A stretch of 49,827 nt of DNA from positions 1 to 49,827 of the forward strand of contig JAHFKU010000002.1 in assembly GCA_023245195.1 (NCBI GenBank), in the 5' to 3' direction. Positions 1 to 8,935 of this stretch are shown here, piece after piece; the first letter of the stretch is position 1, and each line of letters starts with the position of its first letter. Source of the DNA: Candidatus Staskawiczbacteria bacterium. GTDB lineage: Bacteria > Patescibacteriota > Minisyncoccia > Minisyncoccales > Staskawiczbacteraceae. The notes beneath the pieces are model-generated. The model worked only from the letters and a program-made list of their open reading frames with translations. It searched no databases and was not told where the DNA came from. The position numbers and the translations under genes are program-made.

Positions 1-1
1 C

Positions 2-265
2 CAGTGGCAACTCTTTTTGTTGTTTGGAATCATTTTAGGTTTGCTTAATTATTTTGTAAAACCGATTTTAAACACCATTACCCTGCAGCTAAGAATCATC
101 ACCCTGGGACTCTTCGGCTTTGTGATCAACATGGCGCTCGTCTGGGTTATCGATTATATGTTTCGCGAGTTAAGCGTGCCATTTTTCTATCCTTTGCTGT
201 GGACCACGCTCATTATTTGGGTTTTAAACCTTGTTCTGGAAAATTCCGTATTTAAAAATAAATAG
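2..265 (+). CDS. DUF360 / holin-4-like small membrane protein, 5'-truncated by window edge
   Basis: Frame is open from nt 2 to the stop at 265. The product is hydrophobic and multi-helix (LGLFGFVINMALVWVID...), resembling the YvlD/DUF360 family. Confidence 0.45.
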   Translation, partial: QWQLFLLFGIILGLLNYFVKPILNTITLQLRIITLGLFGFVINMALVWVIDYMFRELSVPFFYPLLWTTLIIWVLNLVLENSVFKNK

Positions 266-368
266 CGATCCAAATCTACAAATTACATCAAAATGATCCT
301 AATACGTAGTGTTGCGTTATTCGGATAATTCGGATGCACATTCGGATCATTCGGATCGTATATCATAA

Positions 369-596
369 ATGAACCTTCATCAAATTCTATTTTTTGTCCA
401 AGTTGCCATTTCGGTTATTTTGATTATTCTAATTGCCATTCAGCAACGAGGAGCTGCTTTGGGCGCCGGTTTTGGAGGCAGCGGAGGCGGAGAATTTTAC
501 TCATCACGCCGCGGAATACAAAAAAAGATATACTATGCTACAATAGCCATATCCGCCCTCTTTATTATTTTAGGAATTCTAAACCTCCTCATATAG
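369..596 (+). CDS. secG: preprotein translocase subunit SecG
   Basis: 75 aa with two TM helices flanking a Gly-rich loop (QQRGAALGAGFGGSGGGEFYSSRRG), the typical SecG layout. Confidence 0.75.
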   Translation: MNLHQILFFVQVAISVILIILIAIQQRGAALGAGFGGSGGGEFYSSRRGIQKKIYYATIAISALFIILGILNLLI

Positions 597-694
597 TTAT
601 GCTACGAAATACGAATAGCATACGAATATACGAATGAAAAACGTCGTGCTAATTCGTATATTCGTAAATATTCGTATTTCGTAGCCAAATTAAT

Positions 695-2710
695 TTGAAA
701 TTTCCCAGTTTTTCCCAATGGAAACAAATTTTTAAAATACTTAAAAGAGGAGAAAAAATTACTCTTTTAGTTTTTTCCGTATTATTGGTCGCTTCTCTCG
801 CTTTCTTATCCGTACAGTTTTACCTCAATCGCACCACCATCGTTCCAGCCTTTGGCGGAACCTATACAGAAGGCGTTGTGGGCCAGCCCAGGTTTATCAA
901 TCCCATTTATGGAGAAACCAATGATGTTGACAGAACCTTAATTGACCTAATATTTTCAGGCCTGATGACCTATGACAAAAACGGAAACATCATTAATGAC
1001 CTGGCAGACAGTTATGATATTTCTGGTGATGGCAAAACCTACACCTTCACCTTAAAAGATGCCACCTGGCATGACGGCAAACCGCTCACTTCAGACGACG
1101 TATTATTTACCATAAAAACCATACAAAATTCGGATTATAAAAGCCCTCTTCGAGCTAGTTGGATAGATGTCGAAACAGAAAAAATATCTGACAAATCTTT
1201 CACCTTCACCCTAAAACAACCCTATAATTCTTTTCTTGAAAACTGTACCTTAAAAATCCTTCCCAAGCACATTTGGGAAAATATCTCGCCGGAAAACTTT
1301 ATTCTTTCATCGTATAATCTCCAGCCGATCGGTTCGGGCCCTTTTATTTTTAAAAATCTTAACCAAACCAATACCGGTTTTATAGAAACATTACAATTAG
1401 ATTCAAACCGCAAGTATTATCACAAGACCTCTTTCATTGCCTCAATAACGTTTAAATTTTTCCAAAAGGCAGAAGATTTGGTAAAAGCCGCGAATTCCCG
1501 GTCTATCCAAGGGTTTAACCTAGCTTCTTTTGATAAAACCCAGCTTGATGTAGAAAAAGAAATCAAGCAAGGCTGGTCCAAAAATGAAAAGTTTTCGGTA
1601 TATTCTTTTTCATTGCCAAGATACTTTGCCGTATTTTTTAACAACCAAAAGCCCTCTCTCTTTTTTGATCAAAATATAAGAAACGCCATGAATGATGCGG
1701 TCAATAAAGAAGAGTTAGTGCAAAAAATAAGCACGTACGCTGGAGATAATATTACTGCCATTGATTCTCCTATTTTGCCTGACTTTTATGGGTTTGAAAA
1801 ACCAACCGCCCCGAAATTTGACACCAAGCAAGCAAACGCCCTATTAGACAAAGCGGGATTTAAAGAAAATGGTTCAGCCCCGCTGGTTGTTGGTGGAGCG
1901 GGCCCGCGAGAAAAAACAACCACCAAAAAACCGGCCTTCCAATTTAAAAGCTACCTTAAAATTGGAAGCAAGGGAACTGAAGTAACCCAGCTTCAAGGGT
2001 GCTTGGCTCATTTGCCAAATAGCAATTTTGGCGATCTGTTAAAAAATGAAACTAATGGAACTTATGGCAAGGGCACTGAAAATGCGGTTACTGAATTCCA
2101 AAAGCAATACTTGCCTGATCAAAAACCAACCGGCGAAACTGGAACCGGAACCAGAAAAAAACTTAATGAACTATGCGCCGCGCCGACGCAAAATTCACAG
2201 CTCCTGCAATTTACCCTAGTTACTATCAATCAGCCCCAATTGTTGCAAGTTGCAAATTTACTGAAAGATTACTGGGCCGTGGTAGGTGTCAGCGTTGATA
2301 TTAAAGCCTTAAGCATTACCGAATTAAAACCCATTATTAAAAACAGAGACTACGACGCCCTACTTTACGGAGAAACTTTGGGAATGAAACCGGACCTCTA
2401 CCCTTTTTGGTATTCATCGCAAAAACAAGATCCGGGCCTTAACCTTTCCCTATATGAGAACAAAGATGTCGATAAATTATTGAAAGATTCCCGGCAGGTA
2501 CTAGACGAAAATAAAAAGAAGCAAGATTTGGAAAAAATACAAAACACTATTTTAAATGATGCCCCTGCCCTCTTTTTATACAGCCCTGACTATGTGTATT
2601 GGGCATCGCAATTGGTGGAAGGAATAAATACCACAAAAATCGCCGACCCTTCAAAACGGTTTATTAATATTAACAATTGGTACATTAGTACAAAACGTGT
2701 ATGGAAATAA
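695..2710 (+). CDS. ABC-type peptide/nickel substrate-binding protein (SBP family 5) with inserted peptidoglycan-binding-like domain
   Basis: 671 aa with an N-terminal signal anchor and SBP_bac_5-like sequence throughout. An internal segment (GSKGTEVTQLQGCL...GKGTENAVTEFQKQYL...GETGTGTRKKL) resembles PG_binding_1. TTG start is uncertain. Confidence 0.75.
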   Translation: MKFPSFSQWKQIFKILKRGEKITLLVFSVLLVASLAFLSVQFYLNRTTIVPAFGGTYTEGVVGQPRFINPIYGETNDVDRTLIDLIFSGLMTYDKNGNIINDLADSYDISGDGKTYTFTLKDATWHDGKPLTSDDVLFTIKTIQNSDYKSPLRASWIDVETEKISDKSFTFTLKQPYNSFLENCTLKILPKHIWENISPENFILSSYNLQPIGSGPFIFKNLNQTNTGFIETLQLDSNRKYYHKTSFIASITFKFFQKAEDLVKAANSRSIQGFNLASFDKTQLDVEKEIKQGWSKNEKFSVYSFSLPRYFAVFFNNQKPSLFFDQNIRNAMNDAVNKEELVQKISTYAGDNITAIDSPILPDFYGFEKPTAPKFDTKQANALLDKAGFKENGSAPLVVGGAGPREKTTTKKPAFQFKSYLKIGSKGTEVTQLQGCLAHLPNSNFGDLLKNETNGTYGKGTENAVTEFQKQYLPDQKPTGETGTGTRKKLNELCAAPTQNSQLLQFTLVTINQPQLLQVANLLKDYWAVVGVSVDIKALSITELKPIIKNRDYDALLYGETLGMKPDLYPFWYSSQKQDPGLNLSLYENKDVDKLLKDSRQVLDENKKKQDLEKIQNTILNDAPALFLYSPDYVYWASQLVEGINTTKIADPSKRFININNWYISTKRVWK

Positions 2711-3303
2711 ATAATATAGACTTAACAAAATTAACACCAGACAAACGCTATTTAAAAGAAATGGAACATGTGGTTTATGACCAAGAATGGTTTAAAACTG
2801 CTGAAAATTTTGAGTTGTATGATATGTACCGAAAAATTAAGGTAGAAAATGGATTGAGATATGATGTCACTATTATTCATCCTAGAATGTTTGCAAATGA
2901 ATTTGCAAAAACCAAAGGACATATTCATGCCGGTTTTTATGGTGAAGTGTATATGGTTTTAGAAGGAGAAGGATTTTATCTTGCTCAAAAGGGAGACGAA
3001 GATAATATTGAAGACGTTGTGGTTACACACGGAAAAAAAGGAGACGTAATCGTAATTCCAGCCGGATATGGCCACGTCACTATAAATCCTTCAAACCAAG
3101 AGTTAAAAACTGCCAATTGGGTAGCTGAAAGTGATAAAGGAAACTTTGAACCTTTTGAAAGAAATCAAGGAGCATGCTACTACTACACCACAGCAGGCTG
3201 GGTAAAAAATCCAAACTACAAACAAGTTCCTGAATTAAGATTCCAAGAACCATTAAAAGAAGTTCCAACAGATTTAGAATTTTTAAAAGTCCCGAAAACA
3301 TAG
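2701..3303 (+). CDS. cupin-type glucose-6-phosphate isomerase (archaeal cPGI-like)
   Basis: 200 aa with a cupin metal motif (TKGHIHAGFYGEVYMVLEGEG ... IPAGYGHVTINP), as in the PF06560 family. Overlaps the upstream gene by 10 nt. Confidence 0.65.
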   Translation: MEINNIDLTKLTPDKRYLKEMEHVVYDQEWFKTAENFELYDMYRKIKVENGLRYDVTIIHPRMFANEFAKTKGHIHAGFYGEVYMVLEGEGFYLAQKGDEDNIEDVVVTHGKKGDVIVIPAGYGHVTINPSNQELKTANWVAESDKGNFEPFERNQGACYYYTTAGWVKNPNYKQVPELRFQEPLKEVPTDLEFLKVPKT

Positions 3304-3362
3304 TTTTCGCGGATCCTCGCATAAATTTAATGTCGTTAAATTTATCAGGACTAAATAAAAAA

Positions 3363-3444
3363 GCCCGGGTGGCGAAATTGGCAACCGCATACGCTTCAGG
3401 TGCGTACGCCGCAAGGCTTGCAGGTTCGACTCCTGTCCCGGGCA
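3363..3444 (+). tRNA. tRNA-Leu (anticodon CAG), type II
   Basis: Hand-folded cloverleaf: acceptor GCCCGGG/CCCGGGC, anticodon stem TACGC/GCGTA with loop TTCAGGT, long variable arm, T-loop TTCGACT. Confidence 0.85.
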
Positions 3445-3450
3445 CAAAAG

Positions 3451-3525
3451 GCTCCCATCGTTCAATGGACAGGACACAAGCCTCCGAAGTTTGAAATCCA
3501 GGTTCGACTCCTGGTGGGGGCACCA
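3451..3525 (+). tRNA. tRNA-Arg (anticodon CCG), CCA encoded
   Basis: Acceptor GCTCCCA/TGGGGGC (one G-U), anticodon stem CAAGC/GTTTG with loop CTCCGAA, T-arm CCAGG-TTCGACT-CCTGG, then ACCA. Confidence 0.85.
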
Positions 3526-3681
3526 GAAGGCGAACCTTTTTACCCCGTTTAGGAAAATATTAAAAACCGGCAAGACGCGAGAATTGCGGGCTTGACCCGA
3601 ATTCCCGTCTCAGGGTTTTTAAAGCTGGGGGTCGGGGTAAAAAGTAAAGGTTCTAGCGAAGCGGACTCCTGGTGGGGGCAC
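3526..3681. repeat. tRNA-linked repeat L1: hairpin module bounded by an 18-bp direct repeat of the tRNA-Arg 3' end
   Basis: GACTCCTGGTGGGGGCAC occurs at 3506-3523 (inside the tRNA) and again at 3664-3681. Between them lies a 56-nt core (about 3564-3619) identical to the reverse complement of 42185-42240. Confidence 0.7.
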
Positions 3682-3767
3682 AAAATTCAACTCAAAGTGA
3701 ATATAAAAATTAACTCAAAGAAATTCGCATACGTGAACTCAAAAACGTAGCGATAAAAAAATAAACT

Positions 3768-3895
3768 GGAGTATTCACGAATATACCAATACGATCAAAT
3801 ATACAAATGTTACAAATATACGAATACACACACCACGATTTGTATATTCGTAAAATTCGTATATTAATTTAGATTTGTATATTCGTGATTACTCC
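3768..3895. repeat. Palindromic intergenic element, GGAGTA(A/T)TCACGAATATAC family, copy A
   Basis: Termini GGAGTATTCACGAATATAC ... GTATATTCGTGATTACTCC are inverted repeats. Arms are built from CNAATAT(A) words. Ends 15 nt before the RNase J start. Confidence 0.8.
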
Positions 3896-3909
3896 TAAAT
3901 AAAAACATC

Positions 3910-5673
3910 ATGCAAAAACCAAGAAGAAATTATAACCCGCGCCAAACCGCCCGCAAAACTGCGCCCGGCTTTGGCGAACCAAAATTAGAATTAACACCGG
4001 CCAAGCCCAACACCCTGCGCATCATTCCCTTGGGAGGATGCGAAGAAGTTGGTCGCAACATGACGGTCTTTGAATATAATCAAGACATTGTGGTTTTAGA
4101 TATGGGCCTGCAGTTCCCCGAAGAAGACATGCCGGGAATTGATTATGTTATTCCCAATACGGAATATTTAAAAGGCAAAGAAAAAAATATCAAAGCAGTC
4201 ATCTTTTCCCACGGCCACTTAGACCACATTGGAGCCGCGCCGATTTTACTGAAAAAATTAAACTATCCGCAGGTTATCGGCCGACCTTTAACCATGGAAA
4301 TGATCAAACACCGGATGGAAGACTTTGAAAAAGGCAGCAGCAAAAAATTAAAGACCCTTTATATAAAAGACTTGAAAGACAAGGTTTCTTTGGGCGCGTT
4401 TGCCTTGTCGTTTTTCCAAATTGACCACGCTATCATGGACGCCGTCGGAGTGATTTTAGAAACCCCGGTAGCCAGCATTTTGCACCCGGGTGATTGGACC
4501 ATCGAAAAAGACCCCATTGGCCGAGACGTCATCCATTACAATCATTTAGCTAATGTTAAACGCCCGACCATTTTAATGCTAGAAGCTTTAGGAGCCGTTA
4601 ACACCAAGACTCCAGTAACCGAGCAAGAAATGATCGGCAATATCAATAAACTCATCGGGCAAGCGCCCGGCCGCACGATTATTGCCACCTTTTCCAGCCA
4701 AATCGAAAGAATCAAGCAAATTTTGGAATTTGCCAACCACGCCGGAAAAAAGGTAGCGCTTGACGGGTTTTCCATGAAACTTAACATAGAACTGGCCACC
4801 AAATTAGGATATGTAAATATTCCAAAAGGCGTTATTATTCCGGTAGATAAAATAGCAGATTATCCGGACAATAAAGTAATTATTATTTGCACCGGGGCCC
4901 AAGGCGAAGAAATGGCCGCTCTGCCAAGAATTATTGCCGGAAACCACAAATACATTACCATTAAAAAAGAAGACACGATTATCTTTTCTTCTTCAGTCAT
5001 TCCAGGAAATGAACGAACCGTCCAGCGCGTTAAAGATAATATTTACCGTTTATCTGACAACGTTTATCACAACGACATTATGAACGTGCACGCTTCTGGA
5101 CATACTAACATTGAAGGCATCAAGCAAATGCTAGCCGAAGTAAAGCCGGATTACTTTATTCCAGTGTATGGCAACCATTTTATGTTAAAAGAATGCGCCC
5201 GAATCGCCTATGGAATGGGAATCTTAAAACACAAAGTGTTTGTGCCTGATAACGGATCTATTATTGTTTTTGACCAGCAAAAAGGCGAAATACTGAAAGA
5301 AAAAGTGCCAACCAATTATGTCTTTGTTGACGGGCTGGGCGTGGGAGATGTAGGAGAAATAGTTCTGCGCGACCGCCAAATGCTGGCCCAAGACGGCATG
5401 TTTATGATTGTAGCCGTCATAGACCGCCAAACCGGACAAGTCAAAGGCTCACCCGATATTATTTCCCGCGGATTTGTGTATTTGCGAGAATCAAAAGACT
5501 TGCTCGCCCAAACCCGCAAGAAAGTGATTGAAATTGTAGGGAAATCAGCAGGCCATGGCAAAACCGAAAATTGGTCTTATGTAAAAGATGAAATACGCAA
5601 TAAAGTCGGGGATTTCTTGTTTGTCAAAACAGAAAGAAGGCCGATGATTTTGCCAGTGGTAATAGAGGTATAA
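3910..5673 (+). CDS. rnj: ribonuclease J (metallo-beta-lactamase / beta-CASP)
   Basis: 587 aa with the HGHLDHIG motif and RNase J-like layout through to the C-terminal domain. Confidence 0.85.
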   Translation: MQKPRRNYNPRQTARKTAPGFGEPKLELTPAKPNTLRIIPLGGCEEVGRNMTVFEYNQDIVVLDMGLQFPEEDMPGIDYVIPNTEYLKGKEKNIKAVIFSHGHLDHIGAAPILLKKLNYPQVIGRPLTMEMIKHRMEDFEKGSSKKLKTLYIKDLKDKVSLGAFALSFFQIDHAIMDAVGVILETPVASILHPGDWTIEKDPIGRDVIHYNHLANVKRPTILMLEALGAVNTKTPVTEQEMIGNINKLIGQAPGRTIIATFSSQIERIKQILEFANHAGKKVALDGFSMKLNIELATKLGYVNIPKGVIIPVDKIADYPDNKVIIICTGAQGEEMAALPRIIAGNHKYITIKKEDTIIFSSSVIPGNERTVQRVKDNIYRLSDNVYHNDIMNVHASGHTNIEGIKQMLAEVKPDYFIPVYGNHFMLKECARIAYGMGILKHKVFVPDNGSIIVFDQQKGEILKEKVPTNYVFVDGLGVGDVGEIVLRDRQMLAQDGMFMIVAVIDRQTGQVKGSPDIISRGFVYLRESKDLLAQTRKKVIEIVGKSAGHGKTENWSYVKDEIRNKVGDFLFVKTERRPMILPVVIEV

Positions 5674-5773
5674 ATTTCTAATTTTCAATTTTAAATTTTT
5701 ATTAAATTTCTAATTAACTAATTTTCAAACATTACGATTTGTTTAGAAATTAGAAATTAGAAATTAGAAATTA
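5673..5773. repeat. Imperfect intergenic inverted repeat ending in (TAGAAAT)x4
   Basis: Four exact tandem TAGAAAT units at 5744-5771 face ATTTCTA-containing words at 5674-5712. The element ends 2 nt before the trpS ATG. Confidence 0.7.
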
Positions 5774-6784
5774 ATGAGGATAGTATCTGGCATTCAGCCA
5801 ACCAGCCAACTTCATATTGGAAATTATTTGGGAGCCATTAAGCAGTGGATTCCCTTGCAAGAAAAAAATGAGTGCGTGTTTTTCGTTGCTGATTTACATG
5901 CGTTAACCATCCCCTACGACCCCGAAAAACTGCAACAGGCGATCAAGGAAACCGTTATCGCCTATATTGCCGCCGGCTTAGATCCAGAAAAATCCATTAT
6001 TTTTGTTCAATCACAGGTTAAAGAACATGCAGAATTGGGTTGGCTGTTAAATACGATTTGCCCCATCGGTGAATTGCAGCGAATGACCCAGTACAAAGAT
6101 AAGTCAAAAAAATTTAAGGAAAATATCAATGCCGGGCTATTAGATTATCCTGTACTGCAAGCCGCGGACGTATTATTATACAAGGGCGAAGCCGTGCCTG
6201 TTGGCAAAGACCAAGAACAGCACGTTGAATTAATCAGAAGCTTAGCTAAAAAATTCAACCAAAAGTTTGCTTCGCCCGCCAGTAGCCTTGGCGGAGGCGG
6301 GGGCATAACCTTTAAAGAACCTGCTTCATTAATATTGAAAGAAGGAGGGAAAATCATGAGTTTGACGGATCCCAAAAAGAAAATGTCAAAATCGGACGAT
6401 CCTAAAAGCTGTATTTTCTTATTTGATTCACCCGAAGATATCACTAAAAAAATCATGTCGGCTGAAACCGATTCGGGAAAAGAAGTAAGATATAACATTA
6501 CCAAAAAACCAGGGATTTCAAATCTTTTAACCATATATAGTTTATTAACCGGTAAAACCACCCAGCAAATAGAAAAAGAATTTACGGGCAAAGGCTATGG
6601 CGAATTTAAAAAATCACTAGCAGAAGTTACTGTGCAATATTTAGAACCATTCCGCCGAAAACAAAAAGAACTGGCAACGCGCGAAGTTTACTTACAAGAA
6701 ATTCTAAGAAAAGGAGCCGGTCGCGCTTTAACCATCGCGCAAGAAACGATGAAGGAGGTAAAACAAAAAATGGGATTAAGTTAA
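5774..6784 (+). CDS. trpS: tryptophan--tRNA ligase
   Basis: 336 aa with class I motifs HIGNYLG and KMSKS. Carries a short Gly-rich insertion (ASPASSLGGGGG). Confidence 0.9.
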   Translation: MRIVSGIQPTSQLHIGNYLGAIKQWIPLQEKNECVFFVADLHALTIPYDPEKLQQAIKETVIAYIAAGLDPEKSIIFVQSQVKEHAELGWLLNTICPIGELQRMTQYKDKSKKFKENINAGLLDYPVLQAADVLLYKGEAVPVGKDQEQHVELIRSLAKKFNQKFASPASSLGGGGGITFKEPASLILKEGGKIMSLTDPKKKMSKSDDPKSCIFLFDSPEDITKKIMSAETDSGKEVRYNITKKPGISNLLTIYSLLTGKTTQQIEKEFTGKGYGEFKKSLAEVTVQYLEPFRRKQKELATREVYLQEILRKGAGRALTIAQETMKEVKQKMGLS

Positions 6785-6787
6785 ACA

Positions 6788-6828
6788 CCACAAAAACAGC
6801 CTCGCAAATGAGGCTGTTTTTGTGGTTT
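6788..6828. terminator. Bidirectional intrinsic terminator
   Basis: 16-bp perfect stem CCACAAAAACAGCCTC/GAGGCTGTTTTTGTGG with loop GCAAAT and T/A runs on both sides. Lies between convergent genes. Confidence 0.8.
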
Positions 6829-6842
6829 AAAGACAATCAATA

Positions 6843-7103
6843 CTAAAAAACTTGCAACTTATCAATCTCTGACACCTCTTCAATAGATAACACTTTGTTC
6901 TTTTTTAAAGCGTTGTTATGAATTTCCAACACCTTTTTCTGCCTTTTTCCTTGTTCATTTCCAATTTCTTTTTCTTGTAAAAGTAAACTCAATTTTTCCA
7001 TTATTTCATCTTGCCCTTCCAATATCTCATTTTTAAATTCAAGAACATCATCTTTGGTGGCAAACACTCCACTTAATTTTTCTATATCTTTATTGTTAAT
7101 CAT
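6843..7103 (-). CDS. small coiled-coil protein, unknown function
   Basis: 86 aa, charged heptad-like sequence. Preceded by a promoter nearly identical to the one at 37284-37311. Confidence 0.55.
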   Translation of the reverse strand: MINNKDIEKLSGVFATKDDVLEFKNEILEGQDEIMEKLSLLLQEKEIGNEQGKRQKKVLEIHNNALKKNKVLSIEEVSEIDKLQVF

Positions 7104-7109
7104 ACTCCA

Positions 7110-7137
7110 ATTATATTCTTTTAACTAAGTGTGTCAA
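7110..7137 (-). promoter_or_regulatory. sigma70-like promoter (TTGACA-N16-TATAAT), very short leader
   Basis: Minus strand reads TTGACACACTTAGTTAAAAGAATATAATTGGAGTATG. The -10 ends 6 nt before the ATG. Confidence 0.6.
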
Positions 7138-7469
7138 ATTTCGTACATTTTTTTCTTGATTTCTTCTAATTGGCTAATGACCGCTGGATCAGTGATTTTT
7201 GAAAATCGAGGGAAAGTCTTACCATCTTTTGTGACATCCCCCATCCACATTTCCAAGGGCCGTAGGTCAAACAATTTTCCAGCTTTGTAAACCGAAGCTT
7301 CGTACAAAGGCCGATATACTACCATGTTGGCATCTTCAGGACGACAATCATCTTCTGTATGACAACCGACGCCGACCACTTCATAAGCATAATTATTTAC
7401 TAAACCATTTGGGTCATGCTTATAGTGGTAATAAAATCCGTTTTTAGGAACTTGAGTTGGAATTTTCAT
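7134..7469 (-). CDS. DUF1653 domain protein
   Basis: 111 aa. YYHYKHDP...YEVVGVGCHTED...VVYRPLY...RPLEMW matches the DUF1653 pattern. 4-nt ATGA overlap with the upstream gene. Confidence 0.6.
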   Translation of the reverse strand: MKIPTQVPKNGFYYHYKHDPNGLVNNYAYEVVGVGCHTEDDCRPEDANMVVYRPLYEASVYKAGKLFDLRPLEMWMGDVTKDGKTFPRFSKITDPAVISQLEEIKKKMYEI

Positions 7470-8788
7470 GAATTAATACATTCGCTCAACTCTTGCTTTT
7501 TTTGTTCCAATAAATCTTGAGTGTTTGCTTCAATAGTTAATTTCAGTAACGGCTCGGTGTTTGAGGGCCGCAAGTTAAACCACCAATCTTGGTATTCAAC
7601 CGTAATACCATCCAAAAAATCTTGCTTTCCATCAGCGTATTTTTCTTTTACTTTTTGTAAAACCGCATCTTGATCACTTATTTTAAAAGTAAGCTGCAGG
7701 GGCTTGGCATATATTGTCAGCTCTTTTACTATTTCTGAAACTGGCTTGTTTTCCGTAGAAATAATTTGGAGCAACGTCAAAAAAGCAATCATGCCAGAAT
7801 CACAGTAAAAATAATCGGCAAAACAGTAATGAGCCGATAGTTCCCCTCCCATGACACCATTATTTTTCATCAATCCTTCGCGCACATTTACAAAGCCGAC
7901 TTGAGTCCGAACTGGCATACCCCCCCACTCTTTCACAAACTCTGGCACTGACCGCGAACAAATCAAATTATAAGCAATTCCAGTGCCTGGCTTTTTTGCC
8001 AAAAAATGTTTCGCCAAAAGCAATAATACAATATCTGCCGAAACCATCGCACCTTGTTCATCAACCAAAAATATCCGGTCAGCATCGCCATCAAACATGA
8101 ATCCGAAATCGGCCTTTTCTTTTATTATAACATCGGCAATTTGGCTTGAAGCGCCTTCTTCCAAAGGATTCGGGCTGTGATTGGGAAAATTACCATCAGG
8201 CTTAAAATTCAACGGCAAAATCGTTATCTGCAACTTATCTTCAAGCTCTAATATCACATTTCCCATAACGCCGTTTGAAGCATCAATTGCCACCGTAAAG
8301 GGTTTTATATTCCCAGAAAACTTCAACACGAAAGACAGATAGTCTGGCCAAATATTCAATTCTTTTATTGGCGTATCGTTTTCAGTAATAGCTTCATCTT
8401 TAGCTAAATATAACAAATCTTTTCCCCGCACCCAGGCAATATCTTCGCCCTTGCGTGTCATCATTTTAAACCCATTATAGTCTTTTGGATTGTGGCTGGC
8501 GGTAATCATAATGCCCGCATCGAAGTTATATGAAGCCACCGCAAAATAAATCCCTTCAGTGGGAGTTTGGCCGATGCTAGTCACTTGAGCGCCTTCGGCC
8601 AAAAGACCCTGCACCACAGCCTTAAATAAAGCAGGAGAGGATAGGCGGGCATCATGGCCAACTACCACATTTTTAGCACCAGTAAGTTTAATAAAAGCTC
8701 GGCCAACGGCCAAAGCCGCATTTTCATTTAATTCTGAAGGGTAAATTCCCCGCACATCGTAAGATTTAAAAATAGATGGATTCAACAT
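7466..8788 (-). CDS. phosphomannomutase / phosphoglucomutase
   Basis: 440 aa with active-site TASHNP, metal loop FDGDADR, and PGM/PMM four-domain length. Confidence 0.85.
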   Translation of the reverse strand: MLNPSIFKSYDVRGIYPSELNENAALAVGRAFIKLTGAKNVVVGHDARLSSPALFKAVVQGLLAEGAQVTSIGQTPTEGIYFAVASYNFDAGIMITASHNPKDYNGFKMMTRKGEDIAWVRGKDLLYLAKDEAITENDTPIKELNIWPDYLSFVLKFSGNIKPFTVAIDASNGVMGNVILELEDKLQITILPLNFKPDGNFPNHSPNPLEEGASSQIADVIIKEKADFGFMFDGDADRIFLVDEQGAMVSADIVLLLLAKHFLAKKPGTGIAYNLICSRSVPEFVKEWGGMPVRTQVGFVNVREGLMKNNGVMGGELSAHYCFADYFYCDSGMIAFLTLLQIISTENKPVSEIVKELTIYAKPLQLTFKISDQDAVLQKVKEKYADGKQDFLDGITVEYQDWWFNLRPSNTEPLLKLTIEANTQDLLEQKKQELSECINS

Positions 8789-8935
8789 ATCAATAATTGT
8801 AGTTATAAAAAAATAAAAAGTAAATAGAACATGGCGCCGTAGAACATTGACTTCTATCTATAACATACTATGATGAGCTTAATCCAGGCAATGGGTCTGG
8901 AAACATGCCTCGCACCTTGAAAAAGGAGCAGAAAC

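Noticed and set aside
3080-3573. Minus-strand ORFs 3080..3523 and 3283..3573
   Set aside because: They run antisense through tRNA-Leu, tRNA-Arg and the L1 repeat. Their Pro/Gly-rich translation is typical of reading through tRNA genes.
5744-5771. Four exact tandem TAGAAAT units, checked as a possible CRISPR array
   Set aside because: The units are 7 nt with no spacers and form one arm of an intergenic inverted repeat. No direct repeats of CRISPR length separated by unique spacers occur anywhere in the window.
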